Positions 36,733 to 48,500 are shown, counted from the stretch's first letter. The stretch: 64,000 nt of DNA from Eubacteriales bacterium (GCA_031553225.1 JAVBLU010000007.1:4300-68299); one strand, 5' to 3'. Notes: generated from the sequence alone by a model not told the origin. Numbers and translations are program-made.

Positions 36733-38307
36733 TTATGGAACGCTGACCTGCTCCGCCAGAAAGTCCAGCAGGCGTTGTCCGTCGCCGCTTTGCCCGTCAC
36801 GCTGGCGTAGGGCGTCCGCCCGCTCCCGCGCCGCCGCAGCCTCGGGGACGACCACACCGCCGTACAGCGCCTGGTGCAAGGCGGCGTACGCCGCGCTCAC
36901 CTTTTCGGCCGGGTCCGCAAGCCCGTATCGCTCCCACCCCTCCTTCATCGCGCTCAGGTCGGCGCGCAGGGCGATGGGATATGTGACGGCGCGCACCTCC
37001 TCATCCAGGTTGAGCGGGCGGTTGGCCGCGGCGGCGTGCTCCATATCCCCCCGAAGGAAGCAGCTGCGCTGCTGCCAGTCCCAGTAGGTGATGCCGTGCG
37101 CCAGCGCGCTCACAGCGCCCTGCGGGGTGCGCTCGAAGTCGACGCCTTCCTTGCCGTACACGACGAGACTGTATGCGTCCGGGCTCTCCAGCCATTCCAG
37201 AAAGCGCAGGAATCCGGCGCTGTCCGCGCCCTTTCCCACAAGAGCGTACATGCCCACCGTGAACGGCTCGCCCGTGTCCACTTTGGGCAGGGCGTCCGGG
37301 TACAGGATGCTCACGCGGTACCCTGTCCAGTCGATATCGCGAATCGCCGGGTAATACGTTTCCCACTGGCTGAAACCGGCCATCACCTCGGCCAGATTCA
37401 TGAGCAGCGTTGGGTATTCCTCCAGACGGAAGGAAGGCTTCTGGCGGAGTGTTCCGCCGTTCCAGAAATCCATCAGCCCTTCCTTGTTCCAGGCGATCCA
37501 CTCGCCGTAAGCGTCCGTGCATTCCCGCAGGGACGCGGCGTCCACAAACCCGCGGGTGGCGGTGCTGTAGAACAGGCCGCAGAAGGGCGCGCGCAGGCGG
37601 TACATGAACTCGTCCGCGCTCACGTAGCCCCATTGCGGCATAAACAGCGACATGGCCGTATAGCCGGGCGTATTGCGCCGCCGGGTGTCGTTGACGAAGG
37701 GCGCGGCCGCGCCGGGAACGCTTTGCGGATGTGCCTGCCTGATGCGCTGCAGCAGCGCTTTGTACTCCTCTGCGGTGCGCACCGCCCCGCCGTACGCACT
37801 GTACACGTCCTCCTTGATGAGCACGGCCGGCCGCAGCAGGGGCGGCGCTTGCATGCTGACCGGCAACATGCTCAGCCGCTCTTCACTGCCGCTCAGGAGC
37901 GCGCAACGCCGGAGGTAGCCCGGCGCGAGGGAGAGCGCTTCCTGGTAGACGTCGCGCGCCGCGCCCTCCCCAATGAGCGCCTTGGCCGTTTCCTCCGCGG
38001 CGAACACCACCGCGTCCTGCTCCAGCGCCCCGCGCGCGAAGGCGGCGTATTCGGCGGCATAGTCCTGCGTTCCGCCTTTGTACACCTCAAGGGTCAGCTC
38101 GATCCCCTCCTGAGCGAGCAGCTGCTCGGCGTAGCGCAGGTAGGGCGTTTGATCCGCGAGCGTGGCCATGGGGAAAACGATGCGCAGACGCCGCCCGTCT
38201 CCCTGGACGCCCTGCGGCGCGGGCGGCGCCGCCGTCGGTCCGCCCGCCGCAGGCGCGCAAGCGGTGAATACAATGAGACAAAGCAAAAAAATGGCGGCTC
38301 TGCGCAT
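36733..38307 (-). CDS. Lipoprotein, extracellular solute-binding-protein-like
   Basis: Lipobox FTAC after a hydrophobic signal; FLRFLEWL..PDAY.LVVYG.EGVDF typical of carbohydrate SBPs; RBS AAGGAGG. Confidence 0.7.
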   Translation of the reverse strand: MRRAAIFLLCLIVFTACAPAAGGPTAAPPAPQGVQGDGRRLRIVFPMATLADQTPYLRYAEQLLAQEGIELTLEVYKGGTQDYAAEYAAFARGALEQDAVVFAAEETAKALIGEGAARDVYQEALSLAPGYLRRCALLSGSEERLSMLPVSMQAPPLLRPAVLIKEDVYSAYGGAVRTAEEYKALLQRIRQAHPQSVPGAAAPFVNDTRRRNTPGYTAMSLFMPQWGYVSADEFMYRLRAPFCGLFYSTATRGFVDAASLRECTDAYGEWIAWNKEGLMDFWNGGTLRQKPSFRLEEYPTLLMNLAEVMAGFSQWETYYPAIRDIDWTGYRVSILYPDALPKVDTGEPFTVGMYALVGKGADSAGFLRFLEWLESPDAYSLVVYGKEGVDFERTPQGAVSALAHGITYWDWQQRSCFLRGDMEHAAAANRPLNLDEEVRAVTYPIALRADLSAMKEGWERYGLADPAEKVSAAYAALHQALYGGVVVPEAAAARERADALRQRDGQSGDGQRLLDFLAEQVSVP

Positions 38308-38532
38308 GCGATCGGCCTCCTTCGCCGCCGCATGGCGGCAAGCGCTCAACCCATAAAATGGAATCATCACCGCCATTGTACCACGCGCGTTCGGCCGGGC
38401 AATCCATGGCCGTCCAAAACCCGCAAACGCGTGTGTCAGGCATACAAACGGCTCGCCTGAGCGCGATCCTTCAGCGGCGCGACAAAGCCGCGGACCTTCG
38501 TCCGCGGCTTTTGCGGTGCGCTAAAAAGCTGC

Positions 38533-39072
38533 TTACGGAAACAGCGGAAGCTCCTGCAGGAAGATGATATCGGTGCGTTTGCAGGCGTCGCCCTCGGCCA
38601 AGATGGCCGCGCGGGCGGCCACGACGCCTCCGGCCTTCTCCACCAGGCGTTCGACGGCGGAGATGGATTCGCCGGTGGAGATCACGTCGTCGATGATGGC
38701 GACGCGCTTGCCCCGCACGCACGCCGCATCGTGCCCGTCCAGGCACAGGGTCTGCTTCTTTTGCGTGGTGATGGATTCCACCTCGTCCACCAGGGGCGCG
38801 TCCATATACGGTTTGACGGACTTGCGCGCCACCAGGTAGCGCGGATGGCCCATCAGCCGGGCGATTTCATGCACGAGCGGTATCCCCTTGGCCTCGGCCG
38901 TAATGAGGACGTCCACCGGCGGCAGACGCTTCACGATGAGGGGCGCGCAGTGAACGACCACCTCGCAGTCGCCCAAAATGACGAAGCTGGCGATGGAGAG
39001 CTCGGGCGTGAGGCGCAGGATGGGCAGCGTGCGCGCAAGGCCCTGTATGTTGACGGTATAGGTTTTGTCCAC
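38533..39072 (-). CDS. Purine (adenine-type) phosphoribosyltransferase family protein
   Basis: TAEAKGIP, VARKS.K and VAIIDDVISTGES PRPP-binding loop. Confidence 0.9.
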   Translation of the reverse strand: MDKTYTVNIQGLARTLPILRLTPELSIASFVILGDCEVVVHCAPLIVKRLPPVDVLITAEAKGIPLVHEIARLMGHPRYLVARKSVKPYMDAPLVDEVESITTQKKQTLCLDGHDAACVRGKRVAIIDDVISTGESISAVERLVEKAGGVVAARAAILAEGDACKRTDIIFLQELPLFP

Positions 39073-39103
39073 AAAAACACCTTCTTGCTTTCGATAAAGA
39101 CCG

Positions 39104-40174
39104 CTACAGGCCGAGAACCAGCTTGAGCAAAATGCCTGCCACCATGCCCACGAACGGGTCCACGATGGCCGTGACGACCATGGTCACCCCGCCCAGCACC
39201 TGCGTGCCCGCCGGACCGGCAAAGGCCATGGCGCCGTCGATGGGCACCGTAACGAACGCGCCAAGCACGAACAGGAACCCGGCGATGGACTGCGCGGGCA
39301 CAAACTTGCCGATCTTGGGCAGCAGCCCCAGGAACAGAACGACGGCCATCAGGCCCATCATCAAAATGCCCGCCAGCTGCGCGTGCGGCGCGGCCGCCGT
39401 GGCGGAGATGATGGCCTCCACCGGCCCGCCGCCAAAGAGCGAGGAGACGGAATCGGCCAGGCCGGAGTAGATGGTCAGGTGGTCGATGTTGGCCGAAACG
39501 CCGGCAATGCTGCCCGTGATGTTGCCAAAGGCGATGTTGGCGCCCACGGTGAGGCAGGTAAGCGCCAGCGTGCCGCGCACAACGTTAAAGTTTACCGTCG
39601 GGGGCTGAAGCCGGAACTTGGCCATCTGCTCGGCCTTTACCTCATCCGGGCGCTGGCCGCACAAATACCCTGCCACCGAGGAGACGACAACGGAGGCGAT
39701 GATGGTGTACACGAGCTGGTTGCCCTGGTTCTGCGTGAGCAGGTACACGATGAGGCCCACGCCCAGCGACACGCCGCCCACGATCTTGTTCTGCTTCACC
39801 ATGTCGATGGCCACGCGCGCCAGCATGATGCCAACGCCCGCCATCATGCCCGCCACGATGATGTCGCCGGCGAAGTCGGTGATGAGCTTGAGCAGCCCGA
39901 ACAGCCCGAGCACCGCCATGATCAGGCCGGCAAAAAACACCATGGACAACCGCTCGCGCAGGGTGCGGCCCATGGTGCCGGCCAGCGTGATGGTCTCCGC
40001 CTGGAAGGAGATGGGCACCACCGACGAAAGCAGCAGGCAGCCGATGATGCCCACCCCGAACCCCAGCGCCGTGGGCACGGAGGCAAACCCGTACGCGAGC
40101 GCGAGCAGGCCCTGCGGCAGGCCGTTGAGCAAAACGCCAAGCGCGGCCAGGATATCCTTGATGATGTCCGCCAT
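39104..40174 (-). CDS. NCS2/AzgA-like nucleobase permease
   Basis: About 10 TM segments; PISFQAETI, GGGPVEAIISAT and IAGFLFVLG; co-transcribed with the PRTase. Confidence 0.8.
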   Translation of the reverse strand: MADIIKDILAALGVLLNGLPQGLLALAYGFASVPTALGFGVGIIGCLLLSSVVPISFQAETITLAGTMGRTLRERLSMVFFAGLIMAVLGLFGLLKLITDFAGDIIVAGMMAGVGIMLARVAIDMVKQNKIVGGVSLGVGLIVYLLTQNQGNQLVYTIIASVVVSSVAGYLCGQRPDEVKAEQMAKFRLQPPTVNFNVVRGTLALTCLTVGANIAFGNITGSIAGVSANIDHLTIYSGLADSVSSLFGGGPVEAIISATAAAPHAQLAGILMMGLMAVVLFLGLLPKIGKFVPAQSIAGFLFVLGAFVTVPIDGAMAFAGPAGTQVLGGVTMVVTAIVDPFVGMVAGILLKLVLGL

Positions 40175-40308
40175 GTAATCCTCATCCCCCTACGTACATT
40201 CGTCCGGCATCGTCGTGCCGGACGCTTCAGGACGCCTGCCTTGCGCTCTCCGGGCGGTTTTGGGAACCCGGGAGAGCCGTAAGGCGCGCGCCCGTGCGTG
40301 TCGGCACG

Positions 40309-40337
40309 ATTATACCAACGGCTGCGGGAGATGACAA
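40309..40337 (-). promoter_or_regulatory. sigmaA promoter of the NCS2-PRTase operon
   Basis: TTGTCA-17 nt-TATAAT on the minus strand, leaving a ~130-nt leader. Confidence 0.8.
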
Positions 40338-40371
40338 GCCGAAAGATCAGCAAAATTTTGCGTTTGTCTGG

Positions 40372-43300
40372 TTATTCCACGGATTTAAGCGATTCCACCA
40401 TGTTCACGCCGTTCAGTTTGGGCCGCATCAGCAGGAACACGAGCGAGGCGAACAACAGCGTGAGCGCGCCCGCCAACGCGTAAGAGAGCTTGCTGATGTG
40501 GAGCGAAAAGAGGATCATATCCACCTCGGCGGTTTGCATGACGAAGCGGTGGAGAAACACGCCCAGCACCAGCCCGACCCCTATGCCGATGAGCGTAAGC
40601 AGGAAGGATTCGCGCATGATGTAGTCGCTCACCTCGCGCTTGGTAAAGCCCAGCACCTTGATGGTGGCCAGTTCGCGCACGCGCTCGGCGATGTTGATGT
40701 TCGTGAGGTTGTAGAGCACCGCGAAGGCCAGCGCGCCGGCCGAGGCGACCAGCACATACACGATGATGTTGAGCTGCTCGAACATATCGCGCACGCTCTC
40801 CAGCTTGTCGGTGGTGAAGATGGAGGCGAGCACGCCGTCCTGCGCGAGCAGCTTCTCCGCCAGGGCGGACTGCGCGCTCTGGGAGGTGTCCGAAAGGAAG
40901 ACTGTGGCGGCGTTGTGCACGGGCGGGCGGCCGTAGATGCTTTCATAGGTGGCGTCGGTCATGAACATGTAGTGCTCCACGTAGTTTTCGGTAACGCCCA
41001 GCACGGTGGCGCTGCGCACGTTGTTGTCCGCGTCGGTGAAGGCGAGGGTGCTGCCGGGCGAAAGGCTGAGCAGCCGCGCCAGCTTGACGGACACGATCAC
41101 TCCGCCGTCGGTTAAGGAGAGGGGCTGCCGCTCGGGGAAGGTGCGCAGGGTGTACATGCGGCCAAACACGTCCAGCTGGTCGCTCCTGCCCGCGGTGAGC
41201 AGGTACGGCTCCACCGTGCGGGCGCTGGAGGCGCAGGTGACGCTCTCCTGGCGCTGCCACAAAACGTCCGTGGCGCCGTTCTTCAGCAGCAAATCGCTGA
41301 GGCCGTCCTGAGAGACGCTCAGCTTGGGCACGTCCACAGGCACGAAAGCGTCGTAGTGCCAGATGTGCTGGAACTGCTGCACGGGCACGTCCCCGAGGGA
41401 GTCCTTGATGCCAAAGCCTGTGAGCAGCAGCGCGGTGCAGCCAGAGATACCCAAAATGGTCATCAGGAAGCGCTGCTTGTAGCGGAACAGGTTGCGCAGC
41501 GACACCTTCCAGGAGAAGGGCGTGCGGTTCCAAACGAAAGCGATGCGCTCCAGCAAAATGCGCTTGCCCGGGCTGGGCGCTTTGGGGCGCAGCAGGTTGG
41601 CGGGCGTTTCATGAAGCTCCGCGCGCGTGGCGTTGACGGCCGAGAGAAGGATGATGCCGATGCACAGCGATACAGCCATGACCTGCGGCCGCGTTTGGAA
41701 GGGCAGAAGCGAGGGCGGAAGGTTGTAGGCCATGCCATAAGCGTTTGTGATGAGGCTGGGGAAAAAATACTGCCCCAGGACCATGCCCCCGGCCGAGCCC
41801 AGGGCGCTTGCCAAAAAGGCGTAGATGACGTATTTCATGGCGATGGCCGCTTTGCTGTACCCCATCATCTTCATGGCGCCGATCTGGGCGCGCTGCTCGT
41901 CCACCATGCGCGTCATGGTGGTGAGGGAGATGAGCACGGCCACCACGAAGAACACCATGGGGAATACCACGCCGATGGCCGCGATGCGCTCGGCGTTGGC
42001 GTAGTAATCCTGATAGGAGGGCAGACCGGCGCGCGTGGAGACGTACCACTTGGGTTTGTCCAGGTCCGCCAGCTCTTGCTTGGCGTCGGCCAATTCCTTG
42101 TGCGCGTCGGCGATCTTTTGGCCGGACTCAGCCTCCTGCTCGTCATACTCCCTCTGGCCGTCGGCCAGCTCGGCGCGGCCGTCGTCCAGCTTCTGCTGGG
42201 CGTCGGCTATCTTTTCCTCGCCCTCCTGCTTGCCCTTGTCGTAGTCGATGTAGCCCTGGCGCAGGTCGGCCCTGCCATCGTCCAGGGTCACCTGGCCGCG
42301 GTTCAGTTCGCGCCAGCCGTCGTCCAGCTCGGCGCGCCCGTCCGCAAGCTCGGCTTTGGCGTCGGCCAGCTTGGCCTCGGCGTCGCGGAACTCGGCTTCC
42401 TTGTTTTCAAACTCCTTCACGCCGTCGCGGTACTTGCGCAGGCCGTCCTGATACTTCAGGTTGCCCTGCATCCAGTCGTCCTCGCCTTTTTGATACTGCC
42501 AAAGGCCGTCCCTGTACTGGGCCTCGCCCGCGCGGTACTGCGCATCGGCGCTGTCCCGCGCGGCGATCAGGGCCTGAAGGCTTGTGAAGGGCGGCGGTAC
42601 AACGCCGTACTGCTGGGCTGCGGCGATCGCCTGGTCCAGCTGCCGGATCTGCTCGGCGCCCGCGTCCAGCTGCTGCTTGGCGCTCTCCAGCTGCGGCTTG
42701 GTCGCGTCCAGCTTGCGGCGGGACAGCTCGATCTGCGTCTGCGCGGCGGAGATGTCCTCACCGGCCTGACGGATTTCCTCGCGGCCCTCTTCCAGCTTTA
42801 CGCGGCCGTCCTCCAGGTCGATCACGCCCTGGTCGTACTCGGCCTTGCCCTCCTGCCAGGTGACCTCGCCGTCCTCCAGCTTTATGCGGCTGTCGTCCAG
42901 CTCCCTCTGGCCGTCGGCGATCTCCCGCTCTGCGTCCTTGAGCTTCTTCATGGCTTTGGCCAGCTCGTCCTGCAGCTCCGCGCGGCCCTCGTCCAGCTCC
43001 TTCTGGCCGTCGTCAATCTTCACCTGCGCGTCCTGCATGGTCCGGCGGGCGTCTGCAAGCTTCTCCTCGCGCTCGCGCTCGCCGTCGGCCAGCTCCTTCT
43101 CCGCGTCGGAAATCTTGCCGCCCGCCTCGTCCATAATCTCCTGATACCGTCCGTCCTGGCGCGCGGCGGCCACGGCTTCCACGCGCCCTTTGGCGGCGTC
43201 GGCCATGTCCTTGTAGGGCTGTTCACCGCAGTCCAGCTCCGCCGCGCCTTTCATGCCCATGTACACGGCCGTGTACACCTCGGTGATAAAGTTCTCCTGC

Positions 43301-43905
43301 GGCAGCATAACAAAGCCGACGGCCATACCGTCGCCCACGGTGGCCGGGATGGTTTTGTGGGTGACATACAGGGGCAGGCGCACCGTGCCCACCACCGTGT
43401 ACGCGTCCTGCGAAAGGAAATCGCCGATGGGATCCTCGCGGCCGGACTGAAGCGCAATGCTGTCGCCCGCCTGCAGCTGCATGGCCCCGGCGAGCAGGTC
43501 GGACACGACGCACTCCCCGGGCGCCTGCGGCAGCCGCCCGGACAGCAGCATGGGCTTGTTGAGCGGCGCGTCCGGCGCGTAAGCGTGCAGCTTCACAACG
43601 TACTGCCGCTCGGTACGCGGCCCGTCCGCCAGGGCATCCATGGCATAGGAGGGCATGACGGTCAGGCCGTCGTCCGCCCGAAGGGCCTGTATGTCCTTAT
43701 CCGAGAAGCCAAGGGTGGATACCGCCTGCAGGTCGAGCAGGGACAGCTCGTCAAAATACCGGTCGGCCGTTAACCGCATGTCCGGCGATACGGAGCGCAG
43801 GCCCGCAAAGGACCCAACGCCCAGCATGCTGATGATCAGAATGGAAAAGAAGCGGCCAAACGTGCCCTTGAACTGCCGCAGTAGGTTCTTCAGATATGCG
43901 TTCAT
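40372..43905 (-). CDS. FtsX/MacB-like ABC permease with long extracellular coiled coil
   Basis: RFFSILIISMLGV, TTMTRMVDEQRAQIG.MK.MGY, RNLFRYK.RF and ERVRELATIKVLGF; heptad-rich segment at ~42050-43130. Confidence 0.93.
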   Translation of the reverse strand: MNAYLKNLLRQFKGTFGRFFSILIISMLGVGSFAGLRSVSPDMRLTADRYFDELSLLDLQAVSTLGFSDKDIQALRADDGLTVMPSYAMDALADGPRTERQYVVKLHAYAPDAPLNKPMLLSGRLPQAPGECVVSDLLAGAMQLQAGDSIALQSGREDPIGDFLSQDAYTVVGTVRLPLYVTHKTIPATVGDGMAVGFVMLPQENFITEVYTAVYMGMKGAAELDCGEQPYKDMADAAKGRVEAVAAARQDGRYQEIMDEAGGKISDAEKELADGEREREEKLADARRTMQDAQVKIDDGQKELDEGRAELQDELAKAMKKLKDAEREIADGQRELDDSRIKLEDGEVTWQEGKAEYDQGVIDLEDGRVKLEEGREEIRQAGEDISAAQTQIELSRRKLDATKPQLESAKQQLDAGAEQIRQLDQAIAAAQQYGVVPPPFTSLQALIAARDSADAQYRAGEAQYRDGLWQYQKGEDDWMQGNLKYQDGLRKYRDGVKEFENKEAEFRDAEAKLADAKAELADGRAELDDGWRELNRGQVTLDDGRADLRQGYIDYDKGKQEGEEKIADAQQKLDDGRAELADGQREYDEQEAESGQKIADAHKELADAKQELADLDKPKWYVSTRAGLPSYQDYYANAERIAAIGVVFPMVFFVVAVLISLTTMTRMVDEQRAQIGAMKMMGYSKAAIAMKYVIYAFLASALGSAGGMVLGQYFFPSLITNAYGMAYNLPPSLLPFQTRPQVMAVSLCIGIILLSAVNATRAELHETPANLLRPKAPSPGKRILLERIAFVWNRTPFSWKVSLRNLFRYKQRFLMTILGISGCTALLLTGFGIKDSLGDVPVQQFQHIWHYDAFVPVDVPKLSVSQDGLSDLLLKNGATDVLWQRQESVTCASSARTVEPYLLTAGRSDQLDVFGRMYTLRTFPERQPLSLTDGGVIVSVKLARLLSLSPGSTLAFTDADNNVRSATVLGVTENYVEHYMFMTDATYESIYGRPPVHNAATVFLSDTSQSAQSALAEKLLAQDGVLASIFTTDKLESVRDMFEQLNIIVYVLVASAGALAFAVLYNLTNINIAERVRELATIKVLGFTKREVSDYIMRESFLLTLIGIGVGLVLGVFLHRFVMQTAEVDMILFSLHISKLSYALAGALTLLFASLVFLLMRPKLNGVNMVESLKSVE

Positions 43906-43909
43906 GCCC

Positions 43910-44614
<705 letters not shown>

Positions 44615-44692
44615 GGTCGTCTTCCTTATATACGCATTTCCATCATGAGTATATCAGAAAAAACATCAATTTCTACTGATAATACGCATTGT

Positions 44693-45364
44693 TTAAAGTT
44701 TGTTCATGCGCTGTAATAGTTTTTCCGTCACCGCGGGCACTCCGCCGATGTCGTCCGCCAGGGCGTCCGCGCCGGCTGCCAGCAACGCCTCGTCCGGGAA
44801 GGAGGTGCGCACGGCCACGCACAGCATGCCCGCCGACTTGGCGGCCTGCACGCCGGATACGGCGTCCTCCACCACGATGCAAAAGGCCGGATCCGCGCCG
44901 ATGGCCGCGGCGGCGGCCAGGTAGATGTCCGGCTCCGGCTTCTTGCGCTCCACGTCGTTGCCGGTGACGAGCGCGCCGAAGGTGTCCTCGGGGATGCCCG
45001 CCACGCGCAGGTTGGCCGACACCTTCACCCGGTCGGCCGAAGAGGCCAGCGCCAGGCGGCAGCCCGTTTGCCGCAGAGCGGCAAGCGTGCCGCGCGTATC
45101 CTTGTAGACGTACAGCGCATCGTCTACGAGCGTCAGGTAGATATCGTACACCAGATCCTTCATTTCGGGGCGGTAGGGCACGCCGTACTTTTCGGCCACG
45201 CCGCCGATGAAGCGGATCTCGCCCATACCGGTAAAGGGCTTGAAGTCCTCTTCCCGCGCGCGCACGCCAAAGCGCAAAAGGCCCTCGATGGCCGCCTTGG
45301 TGATCACCGGCTCGGAGTCCACCAGCACACCGTCCATATCGAACAAAAACGACCACTTTTTCAC
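44693..45364 (-). CDS. HAD-IA family phosphatase (beta-phosphoglucomutase-like)
   Basis: FDMDGVLVDSE, LASSA, KKPEPDIYL and VEDAVSGV.AA. Confidence 0.9.
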   Translation of the reverse strand: MKKWSFLFDMDGVLVDSEPVITKAAIEGLLRFGVRAREEDFKPFTGMGEIRFIGGVAEKYGVPYRPEMKDLVYDIYLTLVDDALYVYKDTRGTLAALRQTGCRLALASSADRVKVSANLRVAGIPEDTFGALVTGNDVERKKPEPDIYLAAAAAIGADPAFCIVVEDAVSGVQAAKSAGMLCVAVRTSFPDEALLAAGADALADDIGGVPAVTEKLLQRMNKL

Positions 45365-45532
45365 TGTTCATCGCTCCTTTTGCTTCAGTAGCATAGCACA
45401 TCGGCGCGCGGATGTCATTGCCGGCGCAGGCTTTCTCGCCGGCCGCGCATTGCTTTGGCAGATTTCGGCCAAAATGGTGGGGATGTATGCGCCGCGCGAG
45501 CGGCCGCATGTGCGTAAGGAGCGATTGCAGCT

Positions 45533-48500
45533 TTGAGTGCCCCTTTCTTCATCTGGCTGACCATCGGGCTGTGCATGCTGGCGGTGGCGGCGGTCGGATA
45601 CGTCGCGCGGCTCACGCGCGCCCTGTCCCTTCCGCCTGCGCCGCGCTCGGCCCGCCTTTCGGACGAGGAGCTCGTGGAGCACGCGCGCGACCTGGCCGTG
45701 CAGATCCGCCTGCAGGGCATTCGGCCGGCCGCGCCCGCCGCGGGCGTAACGCGGCAGCTGCAGCAGTGCCACGCAAAGCTTGCCCAGGCGGCCGTGCGGG
45801 GCGAGGAACTCGTGCCCGCCTCACGGTGGGTGATCGACCACGCGCCACGGCTTTTGGAGAGCGCCGCGGCGCTGCAGGAGCGCCTTGTCCGCGTGCCTAT
45901 GCTGCCCGCGCCCTCAAAGGGGATCTACGCGGGCCTTCCGCGCATCTACGCCCTAGCGGCGGAGCTATGCGCGCACACGGACGCGCACGTGTGCCGCGAG
46001 AACATCGACCGCTTCCTGCGCGCTTATCAGGCCACAGCCCCCCTGCGCCTTGCCGAGCTGTGGGCCATGCCGCTGATGCTGCAGCACGCGCTGCTTTTGC
46101 AGGCGGTGGCCGTCGCGCAGGACTGCGTGCGCGCCCAGGACCAGCGCCGCACCGCCGACGCCTTTGCCGACGCGCTGCAGGCCGGAAGCGCGCTCTACCC
46201 GGGCGAGCCAAAGGGATTCGGCGCGGCCTTCGTGGAGCGTCTGGCCGCCCGCCTGCGCGAAGAAGCCGCTCCTTCCGACGCCATGGGATGGCTGCAGGAC
46301 CGCCTGCGCGAGCGCGACGTGCAGCTGGATCTGGTGATCGCCTCCGAGCACCGCCGCCAGGCGCGCAACCAGGCCGTGATCGGCAACGCAGTGACCTCGC
46401 TGCGGCTGTTGACGCAGCTGAACTGGACGGAGGTGTGCGAGGCGCTCTCTCCCGTGGACGCCGAGCTGCGCGCCGACCCGGCAGGCGTATACCCGCGCAT
46501 GGACCTGCCCTCGCGCGATCTGTACCGCCGCGCGGTCACCCGGATGTCCGTGGCGTCCGGCAAGCCCGAGTCCTTCGTGGCGCACGCCGCGCTGCAGCTG
46601 AGCCGCGACCACGAGGCAGACGACCGCCGCGCGCACGTAGGATGGTACCTGCTCTCGGGCGGGGAGGGCGCGCTCATCGAGACGATCGGCCGGGTGTGGC
46701 TGCCCATGCGCGTGGCCCGGTTTTTCCGCGCGCACGCGCAAACCCTGTATGTGCTGGGCGCGTGGGCGCTCTCCACGGGGCTTTCCCTGCTTGGGGCGTA
46801 CGTTCTGCGCGCGCAGTTTTTTTGGCCGTACGCGGCGTTTTTGCTCACCGTGCCCGCGCAAACCGCGGCGCAGATCTGGCTCATCCGCATCGTGCGCCGC
46901 CTGTGCCCCCCGCGCATCCTTCCGCGCCTTGCGCCGGGCGACATGACCGGCAAAAACGCCCTGCTCGTGGTGCCAACGCTCATCACCAGCCCCGAGAAGG
47001 CGGCCGCACTGGCGCGCTCCCTGGAAACGCACTACCTGAGCAACCGCCTGCCCGAGCTGTCCTTCGCGCTGCTCACCGACTTCGCCGACGCGGACGCGGC
47101 AAGCCTGCCGGGCGACGCGGCGGTGCTGGCCGCCGCGCAGGAGCAGATCGACGCTTTGAACTGCCGCTGGGGCAAGCGCTTCTATCTGCTGCACAGGCCG
47201 CGCATGTGGAACGCGACGCAGCGCCGCTTTATGGGGTGGGAGCGCAAGCGCGGGGCTCTGCTGGAGCTGAACCGTTTCCTTCTGGGCGGCGTGTCCGGCT
47301 TTGTGGACGCCGACAGCGCCCTTGTGGGAGTCACGCACGTGATCACCCTCGACCAGGACACCATGCTGCCGCCCGGCGCCGCCGCCCAGCTGCTCGGCGT
47401 GGCGCTGCACCCCCTAAACCGCGTGGGCGAGGTGGAGGGCAGGCGCGTCGGGACGGCGGTGTTCGCCCCGCGCGCAGGCACGCCCCTGTCGCATATCAGC
47501 ACCCGCCTGCAAAAGATGATGGGCGGCCCGGCCGGCGTGGACTACTACGCCAGCGCGGTGTCGGACGTGTATCAGGACCTGTGCGGCCAGGGCATCTTCT
47601 GCGGCAAGGGCGTGTATGACGTGCGCGCCTTCCACGACGCCACGTCCTCGGCCCTGCCCCTAAACGCCATTCTGTCTCACGATCTGATCGAGGGGCTGCT
47701 CAGCGGGGCGGCGCTGGTTTCGGACGTGGTGCTCTTTGACGCCCCGCCGCAAACGCTGCACTCCTTCGCCATGCGCCTGCACCGCTGGACGCGCGGCGAC
47801 TGGCAGCTGCTTCCCTTCTTGCTGCCCTACGCCAAGGACGCGCACGGGCGGCCGCGGCGCACGGGCTTTTCGCTTCTGGCGGGGTACAAAATATTCGACA
47901 ACCTGCGCCGAAGCCTCGCCCCCGCGGCCTTCGTGCTGTGCGCGCTGGCCGCGGCCTGGCTGCGCCTTCCCGGGCTTTTGTATATCGCCTTTGTGCTTAC
48001 GTTCTTCGACTGGGTATTTCTCGTGTTTGCGGTGTTTCAGCCCGCGCGCTACCGCGACATCGGCCGCCAGCTTGCGCAAACGCTGCAGCGCCTTGCGCTC
48101 TCCCCTCTGGAGGCCGCGCTGGGCGTGGACGCGGCGGTCCGCTCGCTCGTGCGCGTGCTCTTCACCCGCCGGCACCTGCTGGACTGGGTGACCGCCGCCG
48201 ACGCCGACCGCACGGCCCGCCGAAGCTATCTGCGCCGGTGCGCCGCCGGGCCGGCGCTGGGGGTTGCCATGCTCCTGTCGCCCTTTTTCGGCTTTGGGCC
48301 GTCCACGCCGGCGCTGGACCTGTGCGCGCTGCTCCTTGGCGCGCTGTGGGCGCTGCTTCCGGCTTTCGCGGCTTATCTCTCCCGCCCTCTGCCCCCCGCT
48401 GCGCGGCCGGACGCGGCGGACGAGCCCTTCCTGCGCGGCGCGGCGCTGCGCACCTGGCGGTTCTTTGAACAAAGCGTGACGGACGCCGAGCACGGCCTGC

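Noticed and set aside
40175-40308. Purine, ZTP or ykkC riboswitch call
   Set aside because: Only partial look-alikes (GCCGACACGCACGGGC, GGGTTCC); the conserved cores are missing. Kept only as an unclassified candidate.
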